DNA of 64,000 nucleotides, from positions 416,001 to 480,000 of the forward strand of contig JBCBUK010000001.1 of NCBI GenBank assembly GCA_039818205.1. The letters run 5' to 3'. This stretch comes from Verrucomicrobiota bacterium. GTDB taxonomy: Bacteria; Verrucomicrobiota; Verrucomicrobiia; Opitutales; Cerasicoccaceae. The first letter of the stretch is position 1. Each line of letters begins with the position of its first letter. Positions 35,401-44,857 of the stretch are shown here, piece after piece. The notes beneath the pieces are model-generated. The model was not told the DNA's origin. It was given only the letters and a program-made list of their open reading frames with translations, and did no database searches. The translations under genes were made by a program, and so were the position numbers.

Positions 35401-35670
35401 TCGGTTGCCGGAGCCGTCATTTGCCGACAACGGCCGGGCACGGCCAAAGGGGTCGTCTTCATTTCCTTGGAGGACGAAACGGGTATATCGAACTGCATCG
35501 TATGGCCAGGCATCTTTGAAAAACTCCGCTTAATGATTTCCGCCGAGCCTTACTTAATAATCACGGGGAAAATACAAAAGAGCCAAGGCACCATCCACAT
35601 CATCACTAGCAATATTCAACCAGTACCAATCGATGATGCTCCCGCGGGGGCGAGTCACGATTTTCATTAA
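32464..35670 (+). CDS. dnaE2: Error-prone DNA polymerase DnaE2 (ImuC)
   Basis: YVELHGRSAFHFL (PHP), QGRGSAANS, PDIDID, PRHLGQHSGG, GVFQVESRAQM, YGFPESHA, RQRPGTAKG, C-terminal SHDFH. Confidence 0.96.
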   Translation: MTYVELHGRSAFHFLRGAVQPKVLAAAMADADIAAGACVDANGVYGSPAFEFACADLGIAGIVGSELTIAREAHHTWMAGPFLGRLPLLVESCAGYQNLCQLITQMHLRWSKSKRTNDPNDEFSAPSLALQEIDAYKDGLIALTGDADGPLGVAWRAGGTSAVKQAMLELLKVFPRNQIYVEIQRHRRRDEDVYNRMLCELAEQHRLKVLATNGPAYATPTGRQALDVFTCLRYHTTIEQAGRLLESNAERHVKGDSEMRILFADLPQAIDESGRLAERLQFRLRDLGYAFPLFPVPAGESLDSFLKKMALFGAQSRYGCITRRIRQQMEHELAIIKKLGFAGYFLIVWDIVNYCRENGILAQGRGSAANSVICYALGITAVDPIQRELLFERFLSEERQGWPDIDIDLPSGDLRESVIQEVYRRYGQHGAAMTANVICYRGRSAMREIGKVLSLPQDVVDRFNTLFARGDYKHTLGAKEQLRQAGIEINHPRHQSALRVYNEIIGLPRHLGQHSGGMIICNNRLNQVVPLENASMPGRVVAQWDKDACEDLGIIKIDLLGLGMMAVLQDCIELTHQRGHGIDLAQIPQDDAPTYDLLCRAETMGVFQVESRAQMATLPRMKPRKFYDLAVEVAIIRPGPIAGELANPYLNRRNGLEPIIYIDERLEPVLKRTLGIPLFQEQVLKMAMVMADYTPGESEELRRALGFTRNQERIDQAKATFRAKLEARNLEPEKVDWLVDTISSFALYGFPESHAISFALLAYASAWLKVHRPEEFYCSLLNNQPMGFYSPASLVQEARRFGLRFLPPDVMHSGWKCLIDESSLSENGKASIRLGLNLVKGVSASGVDHLLSERNQHTFSSLESFRLRNRFNVDELRALAAAGALNALAGSRRQAMWRIESPLEDDLFGRFEAAQMDQRAVDTSPLEEMTQWERICYDFETVGLTVGEHPMQKLRPRIRTRSKIWRAADLPDARNNQRLSVAGAVICRQRPGTAKGVVFISLEDETGISNCIVWPGIFEKLRLMISAEPYLIITGKIQKSQGTIHIITSNIQPVPIDDAPAGASHDFH

Positions 35671-36250
35671 TCGTACAATTAGGAATCATCCTCGCCAGGC
35701 AAACCCATCCTTAGTGCTTAGCAACTGTAGTCAGTATGTGCATCTTCAACCATAGCTGATTTCAACAAGCAGAAACCAATGGCGACGTTTCATTACACCA
35801 TACAACTAGACTTTACACGAACAATACAAGTCATCACCTGACATGCTATATCAAGCGCGGGCCACCTTTAAAAATATTACCATAAAATACATGAACCTCA
35901 GGTAAGATCTCAGCGATCCCTGTTTTTCTTTTGTTACTCTAAACTGATAATTAGACGTCTCTTTTCGATATAGAAAAGAAGATATGACAAACGCATATCA
36001 GGTTGCTCTATCGTTTATTGAGTCAACTTTATGCCTAAAATAAAGCTAACGGCCTTCACTTTTTTCTTGAGTTAACGAGCATTTGCTTTTTCCTGCGATC
36101 ACACCCCTCTCATACTGTCTCCTAGTTACACCTCTCCCAATTCAAGCACATTTGAATCAAGTGTCTTGGGTGGCGGTATGCGTACTCTATATCGTATAAA
36201 GGACATTCGCCTTGTCCTTAACGTCAACCCCCTACGCATAATCATATCCC

Positions 36251-38692
36251 ATGAGTAAAATGCTGTCTCTACGAATGCGAGCACCGGGCATCGCCTGCGC
36301 TCTTTTTGTCCTAGCTTCGGCTGGGCTGGGCTTTTCCGATGCCCAAGCTCAGGCCGATACTGTCTCCTGTAGTTCCCTCCCAACTACAATCCCCCCACTC
36401 ACATCATACACGGTAGAATTACCCTATACCGCCAGCCAATCCCGCGACGTGGTCGTCGAGCTCTGGGGAGCCACCTGGCTCAACACAGTGAAGCAAACCG
36501 TTCAAGCTGGCAGTGGAACTGCAACGATAACAATCCCCCTATCGATTGCTCCTGCAGAAGGTTCGAACTACCTCTGGAAGGCTAGCATCCGCCCCGTCGG
36601 TGCCGACTGGACTCAAAATATTGTCCTTTGCGATGTCCCCAATGTCACCGTCGCCAACTTGACTGACGCGGTCGATTGCAGCTTGCTGCCAACCAACCTG
36701 GAACCGCAAACCTCCTATACGGTATCTGTGCCATATACCGCAAGTGGGCCACGTGACGTGATCGTTGAATTCTGGGGCGACACCTGGCTCAACGCCGTAA
36801 AGCAAACCGTTCAAGCAGGCACCGGCACGGCTGCCATCACCATCCCTCTATCGGCCGCTCCTCCCGAGGGAACCAACTACCTCTGGAAGGCGAGTATTCG
36901 CCCGGTTGGCACAGATTGGACTCAAAACACCAATGCCTGCAGCACTGAGAACGTAATTATTGCATCACCAACACCTACCGAGGATCTTGTCAGTTGCTCC
37001 GAGCTTCCCGGCAATCTCGAGCCACAGACCAGCTACACTTTTTCGGTGCCCTACACCGCCAGCCAATCCCGTGACATCGTCGTCGAACTTTGGGGTAACA
37101 CCTGGTTGGCCAATGGAACGACCACCGTTCAAGCTGGCGAAGGAACGGCAAGCGTTACCGTCAACTTGTCCCAGGCACCTGCCGCAGGATCGAACTATGA
37201 ATTAAAAACTGCAATCCGCCCAGTTGGCACTAACTGGACACAGAACCTCAACGTCTGTAACCGTGCGGATATCGTGGTGGCACCAAGCACACCAACCACG
37301 GACACCGTCAGCTGCGCAAGCCTGCCCAGCAGTCTCCAGTCACAAACGTCTTACACGGTATCGGTGCCCTATACTGCCAGCCAGTCTCGCGACATTGTCA
37401 TTGAGTTTTGGAACGACAATTGGCTCGGAGCTCAAACCACCACTGTCTCGGCAGGCGAAGGAACGGCATCGGTTACCGTAAATCTCGCGGACGCTCCAGG
37501 CAACGGAACCAACTACCTGTGGAAAGCCAGCATCCGCCCTCTCGGCACGGACTGGACCCAAAACCTAAACGCTTGCAGCCTGCCTAACGTAGCCGTCAGC
37601 GGAGCCAGTAACCTGCCTCTAGGTGCCTATATTGAGCAAGGCGGAATCGTGATCATCGATCCCGAGAACGGCGATCTGGGATCAAGCTGGGTCGCACGCC
37701 CCACGAACTTCCCGGGCGACCCCAGTATGGCTGGCAGCCTTGGAAATGGCTGGCTCGAGTGGACCGGCGCCCAGTTCTTCGGCAACACCAAAACCGAAAG
37801 TGAAGTCACCGGTATCTTGACTTACACGTTCGTCATCGAAACCGAAGGCGAGTATCATTTCCGCTGGCGGACCAAGCAGTATAATGTTGGAACCTTTGAC
37901 GCAGGAAATGATAGCTATGTCAGCTTCAATTCGGGAACACCAGTTGCCGGCTTCCAGGACTTTAGCCTATTCACTAAAGCTTGGGTGCAAAGCAAAGCTA
38001 GCTGGTCCTGGCGGACAACATTTGAGCCGCACCATGGCGAGCACTATGCGGACAACCTGATTCGCCGTTACTATACTCCAGGCGTCCACACAATTCAGAT
38101 CGCCGCGCGCTCACCAGGCCACTCGATTGACCGCATCGCGATCTTCCGCACATCGATTCCGTTCAACGCAAGCAACTTCGAGAATGCTCCTGAATCCGAC
38201 CGCGTCGGCTCTAGCGTGGCTCTGGCAAGTTTCGGCGCACCACAAACGGTTGCTATCAATCCAAGCGATGACGCCTACCTACAAGGCAGCTCGGCATTCA
38301 ACAACAACCAACTACGAGTCGCAGCAAGCAGCCCAACCGCTTACCTCAAATTCAATGTCACTGGCGTGAGTGGTAACGTAACCGGATCGAAACTAGTCTT
38401 GAACGTGTCGGACGACGCCGGCAGCGGAACGATTCGGGTTCACGAAGGAACGAGCAACAACTGGAGCGAGTCCAATCTGACAAGCGTTAACGCGCCAGCA
38501 AACGGAGCCGAACTCGGAAGCGTTACTGGATCCTTCAGCGTCGGCAGCACGATCGAAATTGACCTAGGCAATGCCCTTTCAAACGGCGTTACCTCGCTGA
38601 TCGTATCCATGGATGGCGGCGGCAACAACGTTTGGCTTTCGTCAAAGGAAGGAACGGTCGATCCAGTATTGGAAGTGACTTACCAGCCCTAG
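36251..38692 (+). CDS. Secreted multidomain protein: four ~105-aa Ig-like repeats, a beta-sandwich domain and a C-terminal DNRLRE/CBM96-like domain
   Basis: Signal peptide; repeat DxVxC...YTVxVPYTAS.SRD.VVE.W..TWL...V.AG.GTA...NY.WKASIRP.G.DWTQN...C; C-terminal DDAYLQG...AYLKFNV...NWSESNLT...NAP. Confidence 0.85.
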   Translation: MSKMLSLRMRAPGIACALFVLASAGLGFSDAQAQADTVSCSSLPTTIPPLTSYTVELPYTASQSRDVVVELWGATWLNTVKQTVQAGSGTATITIPLSIAPAEGSNYLWKASIRPVGADWTQNIVLCDVPNVTVANLTDAVDCSLLPTNLEPQTSYTVSVPYTASGPRDVIVEFWGDTWLNAVKQTVQAGTGTAAITIPLSAAPPEGTNYLWKASIRPVGTDWTQNTNACSTENVIIASPTPTEDLVSCSELPGNLEPQTSYTFSVPYTASQSRDIVVELWGNTWLANGTTTVQAGEGTASVTVNLSQAPAAGSNYELKTAIRPVGTNWTQNLNVCNRADIVVAPSTPTTDTVSCASLPSSLQSQTSYTVSVPYTASQSRDIVIEFWNDNWLGAQTTTVSAGEGTASVTVNLADAPGNGTNYLWKASIRPLGTDWTQNLNACSLPNVAVSGASNLPLGAYIEQGGIVIIDPENGDLGSSWVARPTNFPGDPSMAGSLGNGWLEWTGAQFFGNTKTESEVTGILTYTFVIETEGEYHFRWRTKQYNVGTFDAGNDSYVSFNSGTPVAGFQDFSLFTKAWVQSKASWSWRTTFEPHHGEHYADNLIRRYYTPGVHTIQIAARSPGHSIDRIAIFRTSIPFNASNFENAPESDRVGSSVALASFGAPQTVAINPSDDAYLQGSSAFNNNQLRVAASSPTAYLKFNVTGVSGNVTGSKLVLNVSDDAGSGTIRVHEGTSNNWSESNLTSVNAPANGAELGSVTGSFSVGSTIEIDLGNALSNGVTSLIVSMDGGGNNVWLSSKEGTVDPVLEVTYQP
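36353..37600 (+). repeat. Four tandem ~310-320 bp coding repeats
   Basis: Units start near 36353, 36663, 36980 and 37298; shared DNA such as taccgccagccaatcccg, aactacctctggaaggc, actggactcaaaa. Confidence 0.9.
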
Positions 38693-38718
38693 ACAACTAC
38701 ACCCAACGAAAATCAATG

Positions 38719-38751
38719 CAGGCGCTCCGGAAATCCCGGGCGCCTGTTTTT
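38719..38751 (+). terminator. Intrinsic terminator
   Basis: CAGGCGC...GCGCCTG stem followed by TTTTT, about 25 bp after the stop at 38692. Confidence 0.8.
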
Positions 38752-38861
38752 GTTGCCTAATGATCACCTGAAGTTCGGGGCGTTCGGCCTGCCAGTTCGC
38801 ATTTTCGCGTAAAACAGTCACCAAGTTTTGCTTCCGCTCTAACATTGACTATATCTGCCCT

Positions 38862-39125
38862 ATGGGTCGAAAACGACAACCATCAAACGATAACCAGCAG
38901 CGAGATATCATCGGAATGGCCTGGTCGGACCGCATTTCCTTTGAAGAAATTGAAAAGGACACCGGGTTAACTGAAGCTGAAGTAATCAGGCTAATGCGCC
39001 GCTCACTCAAACGGCGCAGTTTTCAAGTATGGCGCGCTCGTGTATCGGGTCGCTTGACCAAACACCGTCGGCTGCTCAAGCAGTTTCTCCGAACTCGGAG
39101 CAATCCAGACTACCCTGAGAGGTAG
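38862..39125 (+). CDS. TIGR03643/DUF2805 family protein
   Basis: IIGMAWSDRISFEEI...GLTEAEVIRLMRRSLKRRSFQVWRARVSGRLTKH. Confidence 0.88.
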   Translation: MGRKRQPSNDNQQRDIIGMAWSDRISFEEIEKDTGLTEAEVIRLMRRSLKRRSFQVWRARVSGRLTKHRRLLKQFLRTRSNPDYPER

Positions 39126-39153
39126 CACTGCAAGTGCCCCAATAAGCGATTAA

Positions 39154-39206
39154 TTGAAAAGCGCAGTCAGGCCGAAGGCTTACTCCGGGACCCGACTGCG
39201 CTTCAA
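39154..39206. terminator. Probable terminator between convergent genes
   Basis: AAGCGCAGTC...GACTGCGCTT inverted repeat between the stops at 39125 and 39234. Confidence 0.65.
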
Positions 39207-39233
39207 TGTTGGGTTGGGTGAAAACTGATTGAG

Positions 39234-41156
39234 CTAGGAGTCGCCTAAGGCCCAACTGACAACGGCATCGAACAGTGTGATTCCATCCTCAGTGATCTTA
39301 GTTGTACCTTCATTGCCAAAGACACCAAAGAATGCCCTTCTCGCCGTCGCGACACCTCCGGCCTCGGAAACAACCAGAACGTCGAGCCCGCCAGGTAACT
39401 CAACGAGAAGCGTCGCATCTGCGGGCGTTGACGCGTAGTGGTGCTGTTCGTTCGCAGTGAGAACCGTTACATCACCGAACAAACCGCCGACAGCTGGATG
39501 CGCCTCGACGACACTAACCGTCAATGATTGCTGAAAACTATTCGCATTCCCTGCGACACCGTCCTCGAGGCCGAACTCGTCGGAAAGCGCTTGCTCGACC
39601 ACGATCACGGGAACATCGGTAGCCGCGAGGCTACTGCCAACGGCGCTCATATTTCCGCCAAAGACCGTCGACGAAATAAAGATGAGATCCGTATCAGCAA
39701 GTTCGGGCTGGATTGTCGCCAGCGGCGTATCGTGGTGGAAGAGAACCACGTCCATACCAAACTGACTCGCTAGTCTCGTGCGGATCCACTTATCACCATC
39801 ACCGATCTGATCCTCACTGGTAAAGACATTGGTAAACAGGAGCGCTTTACGGGCATTGGCCGCCTCGGTGAAGAACGACCAACTGGCAACCGCCGTTCCA
39901 TATTCAAACTCAACGGTCACATTACTTCCGGGCGCAAATGATTGCGAATCAGATGAGATCACGGTCTCGTCGCCATCAACCGTCTCGGTGGTGGAAACAA
40001 CTACATCGTTTATCCGCATAACATAGCTACCCGATGGATTCCTCAACCGGACTGAAACGGTTGAACTCGTCGCCACGCCCGTATCACCAGAACCCGGAGT
40101 AACCTTCGTAATATAAGGGCGAGTTGCGACGGTAAGCTCCTGATACACTGGGTTCTCCACGGCTCCCGTCGCTGCCTCGACGATGAAAAACCGACGAGCC
40201 CCCGTGGAAATCGTGCGGGTTTGGGGATTAGATTGATCGAGCGAATCCGTGAAGATCTCATTCAGATCATCATTCTCTTTCAACGTGCCGCCGCCCTGCC
40301 ACGATAGCGTATACTGGTTGCCCGTCGTCCCGATTGAGAGGTCAGGAATCGAAACAATGGGTGCATTGATCAATTGAGGTTGGCCATCCTTGACTTGATA
40401 CAATTCCAAGACCGTATCGCCGTCCCACTTCGAAATCAGGACTCTCATAGAATAGAGCCCGCCAACCGCAGCGTCGACTGTTACGGTTCTTTCAGCAACA
40501 GGACCATTCGTTCCAAACGTAATCGCAGGTGAACGGAAGATATCGCGAGCATCGTTTGGGTGGAACGCGATTTCCATACCATCTTCATGACGAATGCCTA
40601 TGATGTTCTCGCCAGCGTCTAGTTCAATGAAGCCAAGAAACTCAGCCGATACATTCTTACCGTTGGTGTAGAGATTACCACCAGCCACGCTTGCGCCCGG
40701 AAGTCCCGGAAATGCCTTATCGGGATTTCCATTGCTCGAATCGAAGTTTCCTTCGCTTCCTCGCGAACCATCGGCGAGCGAATGGAAATTGAGCGGGCCA
40801 TCGACTACGAAGGACCCATCTGGGTTCAAGGGGATATCTCCCAGCCAGATACTGCCAACATCGGGATTGTCCGTATTGACCGCCGTATTTTCATATGGCA
40901 GGTCGGTTAGCGGATCGTTAATCAGATCTAAAAGGTGTGCATTAGCAGTTGAGATGGTAGGCAGGATATTCGTATCTTGCCGGGCTTGTCGGAGGCTTCC
41001 GAGAAAACCAGGGGTTGAAACGTCAGCAGAATCAAGCGGGTAACTCCAATCGGCAGGTAAATCAAATGTTTCCTGTGCGTATGAGGTGATGGCCAGTGAT
41101 GGCAGAATAACCAGAGCGGTTAGTCGGGATAGTAAGGGGGTGTGTAGATTTTTCAT
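39234..41156 (-). CDS. Secreted hypothetical protein (PA14-like, Ig-like and C-terminal alpha/beta regions)
   Basis: Signal peptide; GNF...PDKAFPGLPG...SAEFLGFIELDAGENIIGIRHEDG...GLYSMRVL resembles PA14-like domains of verrucomicrobial exoproteins. Confidence 0.7.
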   Translation of the reverse strand: MKNLHTPLLSRLTALVILPSLAITSYAQETFDLPADWSYPLDSADVSTPGFLGSLRQARQDTNILPTISTANAHLLDLINDPLTDLPYENTAVNTDNPDVGSIWLGDIPLNPDGSFVVDGPLNFHSLADGSRGSEGNFDSSNGNPDKAFPGLPGASVAGGNLYTNGKNVSAEFLGFIELDAGENIIGIRHEDGMEIAFHPNDARDIFRSPAITFGTNGPVAERTVTVDAAVGGLYSMRVLISKWDGDTVLELYQVKDGQPQLINAPIVSIPDLSIGTTGNQYTLSWQGGGTLKENDDLNEIFTDSLDQSNPQTRTISTGARRFFIVEAATGAVENPVYQELTVATRPYITKVTPGSGDTGVATSSTVSVRLRNPSGSYVMRINDVVVSTTETVDGDETVISSDSQSFAPGSNVTVEFEYGTAVASWSFFTEAANARKALLFTNVFTSEDQIGDGDKWIRTRLASQFGMDVVLFHHDTPLATIQPELADTDLIFISSTVFGGNMSAVGSSLAATDVPVIVVEQALSDEFGLEDGVAGNANSFQQSLTVSVVEAHPAVGGLFGDVTVLTANEQHHYASTPADATLLVELPGGLDVLVVSEAGGVATARRAFFGVFGNEGTTKITEDGITLFDAVVSWALGDS

Positions 41157-41792
41157 CTATGGTAACTATTTCCTTGGTCGTAGATAGATTAGGCGAAAAT
41201 AAATCAAATCAACTGATTAATGCCGTATTTATAATATTACCAATCAACCAAGCAGTTCACGGGAGTACCCGCCCAGCGAAAGTATTCGCAGGAAAACGAG
41301 AAACCCCGAAAGGACGGAAACAGAGTTCCCGCACAATTGTGACAACTACAGACAAGCGCCGGGGCAGGCGCTCAATTTACAAGGCATTCGATTAATTAGG
41401 GATTCAAAAACAACGGGCGTTAGACACCTTCAGGTTGTAGGCTGCACCAGTGGAGGTCAAGCCGGATTCCCTACCTTGTTGTTAGAGTGGCGCCCCAAGA
41501 TGCCACGACCCGTTTCGGATCAATCTCGCACATTTCCAAGGCCAGAAAAACGGAGATCGCTGCTACAGATACCGCTATATCCAAAAGATAGCCAAAGAGA
41601 CCGCTCTTTTCGATTTCCAGAGCGTTGAAATCTGTAATGCTCCTCCTTACTCGAAATACTTACTCTGTTGAGCCAAAATTGACTGAACCCCGATGATCAA
41701 ACAATTCTTTCCGTACTCGTCCCGTTGATCGAATTCAGAGTTTTCAATGGTCAAACGTCTTTGCCGGGAGACAGATATTAGGAATAAGCCAA

Positions 41793-43109
41793 ATGCTCAG
41801 AACGCTTCCCATCACCCTATTTGCCTGTTTGCTTTGGAGTTTTTCTATCGCAAGTGGGCAATCGCCCGCACAAGAAATCCGCAGTGAACAACCTGCCACA
41901 GATCACCCCGACTTGCCCAATGTCCTGTTTCTCGGCGATGAGGTGATGTTTGCCTATATGGATGACTTGCAGGGTCTGATCAACGGCACGATCAATGCGA
42001 CCTTCATCAGCATGCCACAGGGACAAAAACCCGATTGGACCTCATTCTTTCGTGACCAAGTAAACCACCAAAAGTGGGACGTGATCCACTTCAACTACGG
42101 GCGAGAAGCCATGCTCCATGTCGATCCAGACGGTGAACCAGTAGCGAATCCCGCGAATGGAACCCCGGTCGTCTCAAAGACGGAGATCTGGACCGTCTAC
42201 GACGACCTTCACAAGCACCTGGCCAAAACGGATGCGTTTTTAGTTGGAAGCACGACCACGCCCATTCGCGGCAGGATGCCTGGCTATGATCGCGGGGTTG
42301 ATTGGATTTATCGCAGCCGCTTCCAGCAAATGCTGGGGCCCAACGGAGTAAAAATCAACGACCTGGCCGACTACACGACCACTCGCCTTGACGAAATGGT
42401 GCGCGAAAATAGCTACCTACCAACAACCATTGGGGCACAACTGATGGCCGAGCAAGTCGCCAATAGTGTTCTCGAGGCACTCAACGAGGGCAGCGACCCC
42501 AACCGTCCTCGAGTTCTGATTGTTGGCGATTCGATTGTGGGAGGCTACTATGGAGCGACACGAGATTTGTTTGCCGGAGAAGCGTCTGTCTACGCGGGCG
42601 GAACCACCTACAACAATCCGTCTCCGAACTGGAAGAGGATTGTCGACGAATACATTGAGAAAGGTGGTAAACGCGGCTGGGATGTCATCCAGTTCAACTG
42701 GGGTCTGCATGCAATCAAGTACGTCGACGAGAACAACAAAAACAGCGACCCGAGTGAACCGGGTGCTCGAATTCAATTCACGGTCGATGACTACCTCGAG
42801 AACCTTGAAGAGTTTGTCGACGAGCTTGAGCGAACAGACGCAGAACTCATATTTGCGACCACGACTCCCGTCCCGGAAACGGCACCCGGCTCGATCCGCT
42901 ATCTCGACCTCAGCAAATACAATGATCCAGCGACCAAGCTGATGGCCAGCCGAGGCATCAAGGTTAACGATCTCTATTCATTTGCTGCGCCAAGACTCAA
43001 AGAAATCCAGCACCCAAATAATGTGCATTTCAGTGCGTATGGTTCAGCCGAGCTTGCGAAGCAAAACTACCGAATCATCAACGAGGCAATCGCGAAAAAC
43101 GCAGAATAG
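41793..43109 (+). CDS. Secreted tandem SGNH/GDSL hydrolase
   Basis: Two homologous halves: PNVLFLGDE...WDVIHFNYG...TTTP and PRVLIVGDSI...WDVIQFNWGLH...ATTTP...NVHF. Confidence 0.87.
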   Translation: MLRTLPITLFACLLWSFSIASGQSPAQEIRSEQPATDHPDLPNVLFLGDEVMFAYMDDLQGLINGTINATFISMPQGQKPDWTSFFRDQVNHQKWDVIHFNYGREAMLHVDPDGEPVANPANGTPVVSKTEIWTVYDDLHKHLAKTDAFLVGSTTTPIRGRMPGYDRGVDWIYRSRFQQMLGPNGVKINDLADYTTTRLDEMVRENSYLPTTIGAQLMAEQVANSVLEALNEGSDPNRPRVLIVGDSIVGGYYGATRDLFAGEASVYAGGTTYNNPSPNWKRIVDEYIEKGGKRGWDVIQFNWGLHAIKYVDENNKNSDPSEPGARIQFTVDDYLENLEEFVDELERTDAELIFATTTPVPETAPGSIRYLDLSKYNDPATKLMASRGIKVNDLYSFAAPRLKEIQHPNNVHFSAYGSAELAKQNYRIINEAIAKNAE

Positions 43110-43162
43110 GCCGCAAACGGGAGCCGAACTGATTCCGAAAAACGGCACTGGTGACAAACAAA

Positions 43163-44857
43163 CTAGAATGCGCTTGAGGTGACTAATGGCATTGGCCGCC
43201 CCATTTCGTATAGCTCGGCGATCTCAGCTTCGTCCAACACTCGGCTGTAGAAGATCATCTCGTCCATTGCTCCATCAAAATTGCGAACCGCTTTACTTTT
43301 GTTCTCACGCGGCAGGCCCCAATTTCCAAGTTCTCCGGAACCAATGATCAGCTTCGTATTGGAAGGTCCCGCCTGCTTACTCTCTGCCACCAACTCGCCG
43401 TTGATATAGTGACGGATTTGGGTCGTCTTTCCATCGAAGGTGCTCGCGAGGTGGATCCATTGGCCATAAACCGATGGCTGAATCACCGGCGGGGTCAAAA
43501 ACACATACTGGCCCCATTTCGCGTTTTCGTCGGGCTTACGGCAGATGCCCATTTGCAAACGCCCTTGATTCGTAATCTGCCAGTGTGGATTCCCCGGTTC
43601 GAACGAATCGGTCATGAACAAGCCGTTATAGACGTTCTTCAGGCTTTCGATTTTGACCCAAGTCGCAAAGGTCAGACTCTCATACTCGCCAGGAATATTG
43701 AAGCGAACCCGATCGCTTGGATTGTTAAATCGCAAAGCCGACTTTTCGGGCCATCGTCCGTATTCCCATTGGCTTCCGACAATGGCGCCATGGCTATTCT
43801 CATCCGTAATCTCAACGGCGTTCTCTAGGCGGCGAACCCATGGCTCGGTTTGGTAGAATGGAAAATAGCTTACTAAACCCGGACTTTCAGCGACGTGCTT
43901 GGAGTAATCTTTCCAAGCATAAAAACGCTCAGACTCAAGGCGATGCGTTTGCTCAACCAAACGTTTAAGGTCCCAGTAGCCATCAACGTTCAAATCGATA
44001 TCATTCGCATCAGAGTCAGCGGACAGGCTTGCGGCGTCACCCGTAATCAAGGTTTTTAGCGGCTTTCCAGCATCCTCGCCCGGTCCGTAGACTTCGACTT
44101 CCCCCGAAAAGACGTGTAGCTCCGACGGTGTTCCCGGCTCAATCGTCAGACCAAATTCGGTTCCAAGATCCACGAAGCGGTGGTCGGGTGTCGAGATCAC
44201 GAATCCACGAGCATGCGGCGAAACTTGAACGGACATTTTTCCGAAGTGGCAGAAGACTTCGTCGGGCGAGTTAATTTCAAGATCCGCCTTCCCTTCCAGA
44301 ATCATGCTCGCGCCACTGTAGAATTCCAGTTGGGCGACACCCGCTTCCATCCGAAAGTTGCCAACCGGGATGGAATCTCCTGGCTCGTAGACGGTATTTC
44401 CATTCCCCCAATCCACCTGATAGGCTTGGATGAGTACAGCGATTCCCTCGTCAGTTGACTCAATGACCTCGGGTTCTCCGGAGCCCGATTGCGCAACGGT
44501 CGACCCGGATGGATTGACGTTCCATAGAAAGATCGAACCCAGTAAGAATCCGATAACCAGAGCCGCTGCCCATTTTACCGCCGACTTCGCGTAGTGGTGC
44601 CAAGCCCTTGGTGGCTCAGTAGCGGCATCGTCCACGCCAAAAACCGGCCAAATGTGCTTGGGTTCCACGACGTTCTCGGACTCCGACGCATAGTGCATCA
44701 AACTCGAGTGGAGCTCCGAGCGCTCCAAATAGATAAGGCGCGCCTCTTCACTCTCCAAGAGACGCTCTTCGAGTGCCTGCTTATCCTCGAACCCAATCGT
44801 TCCATCGATAAAGGCGTCGCAGAACAGACAGAACTCTTTTTTCTCTTTCTCGTTCAT
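43163..44857 (-). CDS. FecR-type anti-sigma factor with C-terminal LamG/ConA-like domain (copy 1)
   Basis: Short N-terminal domain, TM helix, FecR region (FVDLGTEFG, HVFSGEVE), LamG region (TFATWVK, WIHLASTFDG, NFDGAMDEM). Confidence 0.85.
   Translation of the reverse strand: MNEKEKKEFCLFCDAFIDGTIGFEDKQALEERLLESEEARLIYLERSELHSSLMHYASESENVVEPKHIWPVFGVDDAATEPPRAWHHYAKSAVKWAAALVIGFLLGSIFLWNVNPSGSTVAQSGSGEPEVIESTDEGIAVLIQAYQVDWGNGNTVYEPGDSIPVGNFRMEAGVAQLEFYSGASMILEGKADLEINSPDEVFCHFGKMSVQVSPHARGFVISTPDHRFVDLGTEFGLTIEPGTPSELHVFSGEVEVYGPGEDAGKPLKTLITGDAASLSADSDANDIDLNVDGYWDLKRLVEQTHRLESERFYAWKDYSKHVAESPGLVSYFPFYQTEPWVRRLENAVEITDENSHGAIVGSQWEYGRWPEKSALRFNNPSDRVRFNIPGEYESLTFATWVKIESLKNVYNGLFMTDSFEPGNPHWQITNQGRLQMGICRKPDENAKWGQYVFLTPPVIQPSVYGQWIHLASTFDGKTTQIRHYINGELVAESKQAGPSNTKLIIGSGELGNWGLPRENKSKAVRNFDGAMDEMIFYSRVLDEAEIAELYEMGRPMPLVTSSAF

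Noticed and set aside
35671..36250. Long AT-rich intergenic region as an ncRNA or riboswitch (likewise 41157-41792)
   Set aside because: No consensus I can recognise; an Rfam scan would be needed
36353..37600. Tandem repeats as a CRISPR array or mobile element
   Set aside because: They are degenerate, in-frame protein domain repeats of about 315 bp with no spacers and no cas genes
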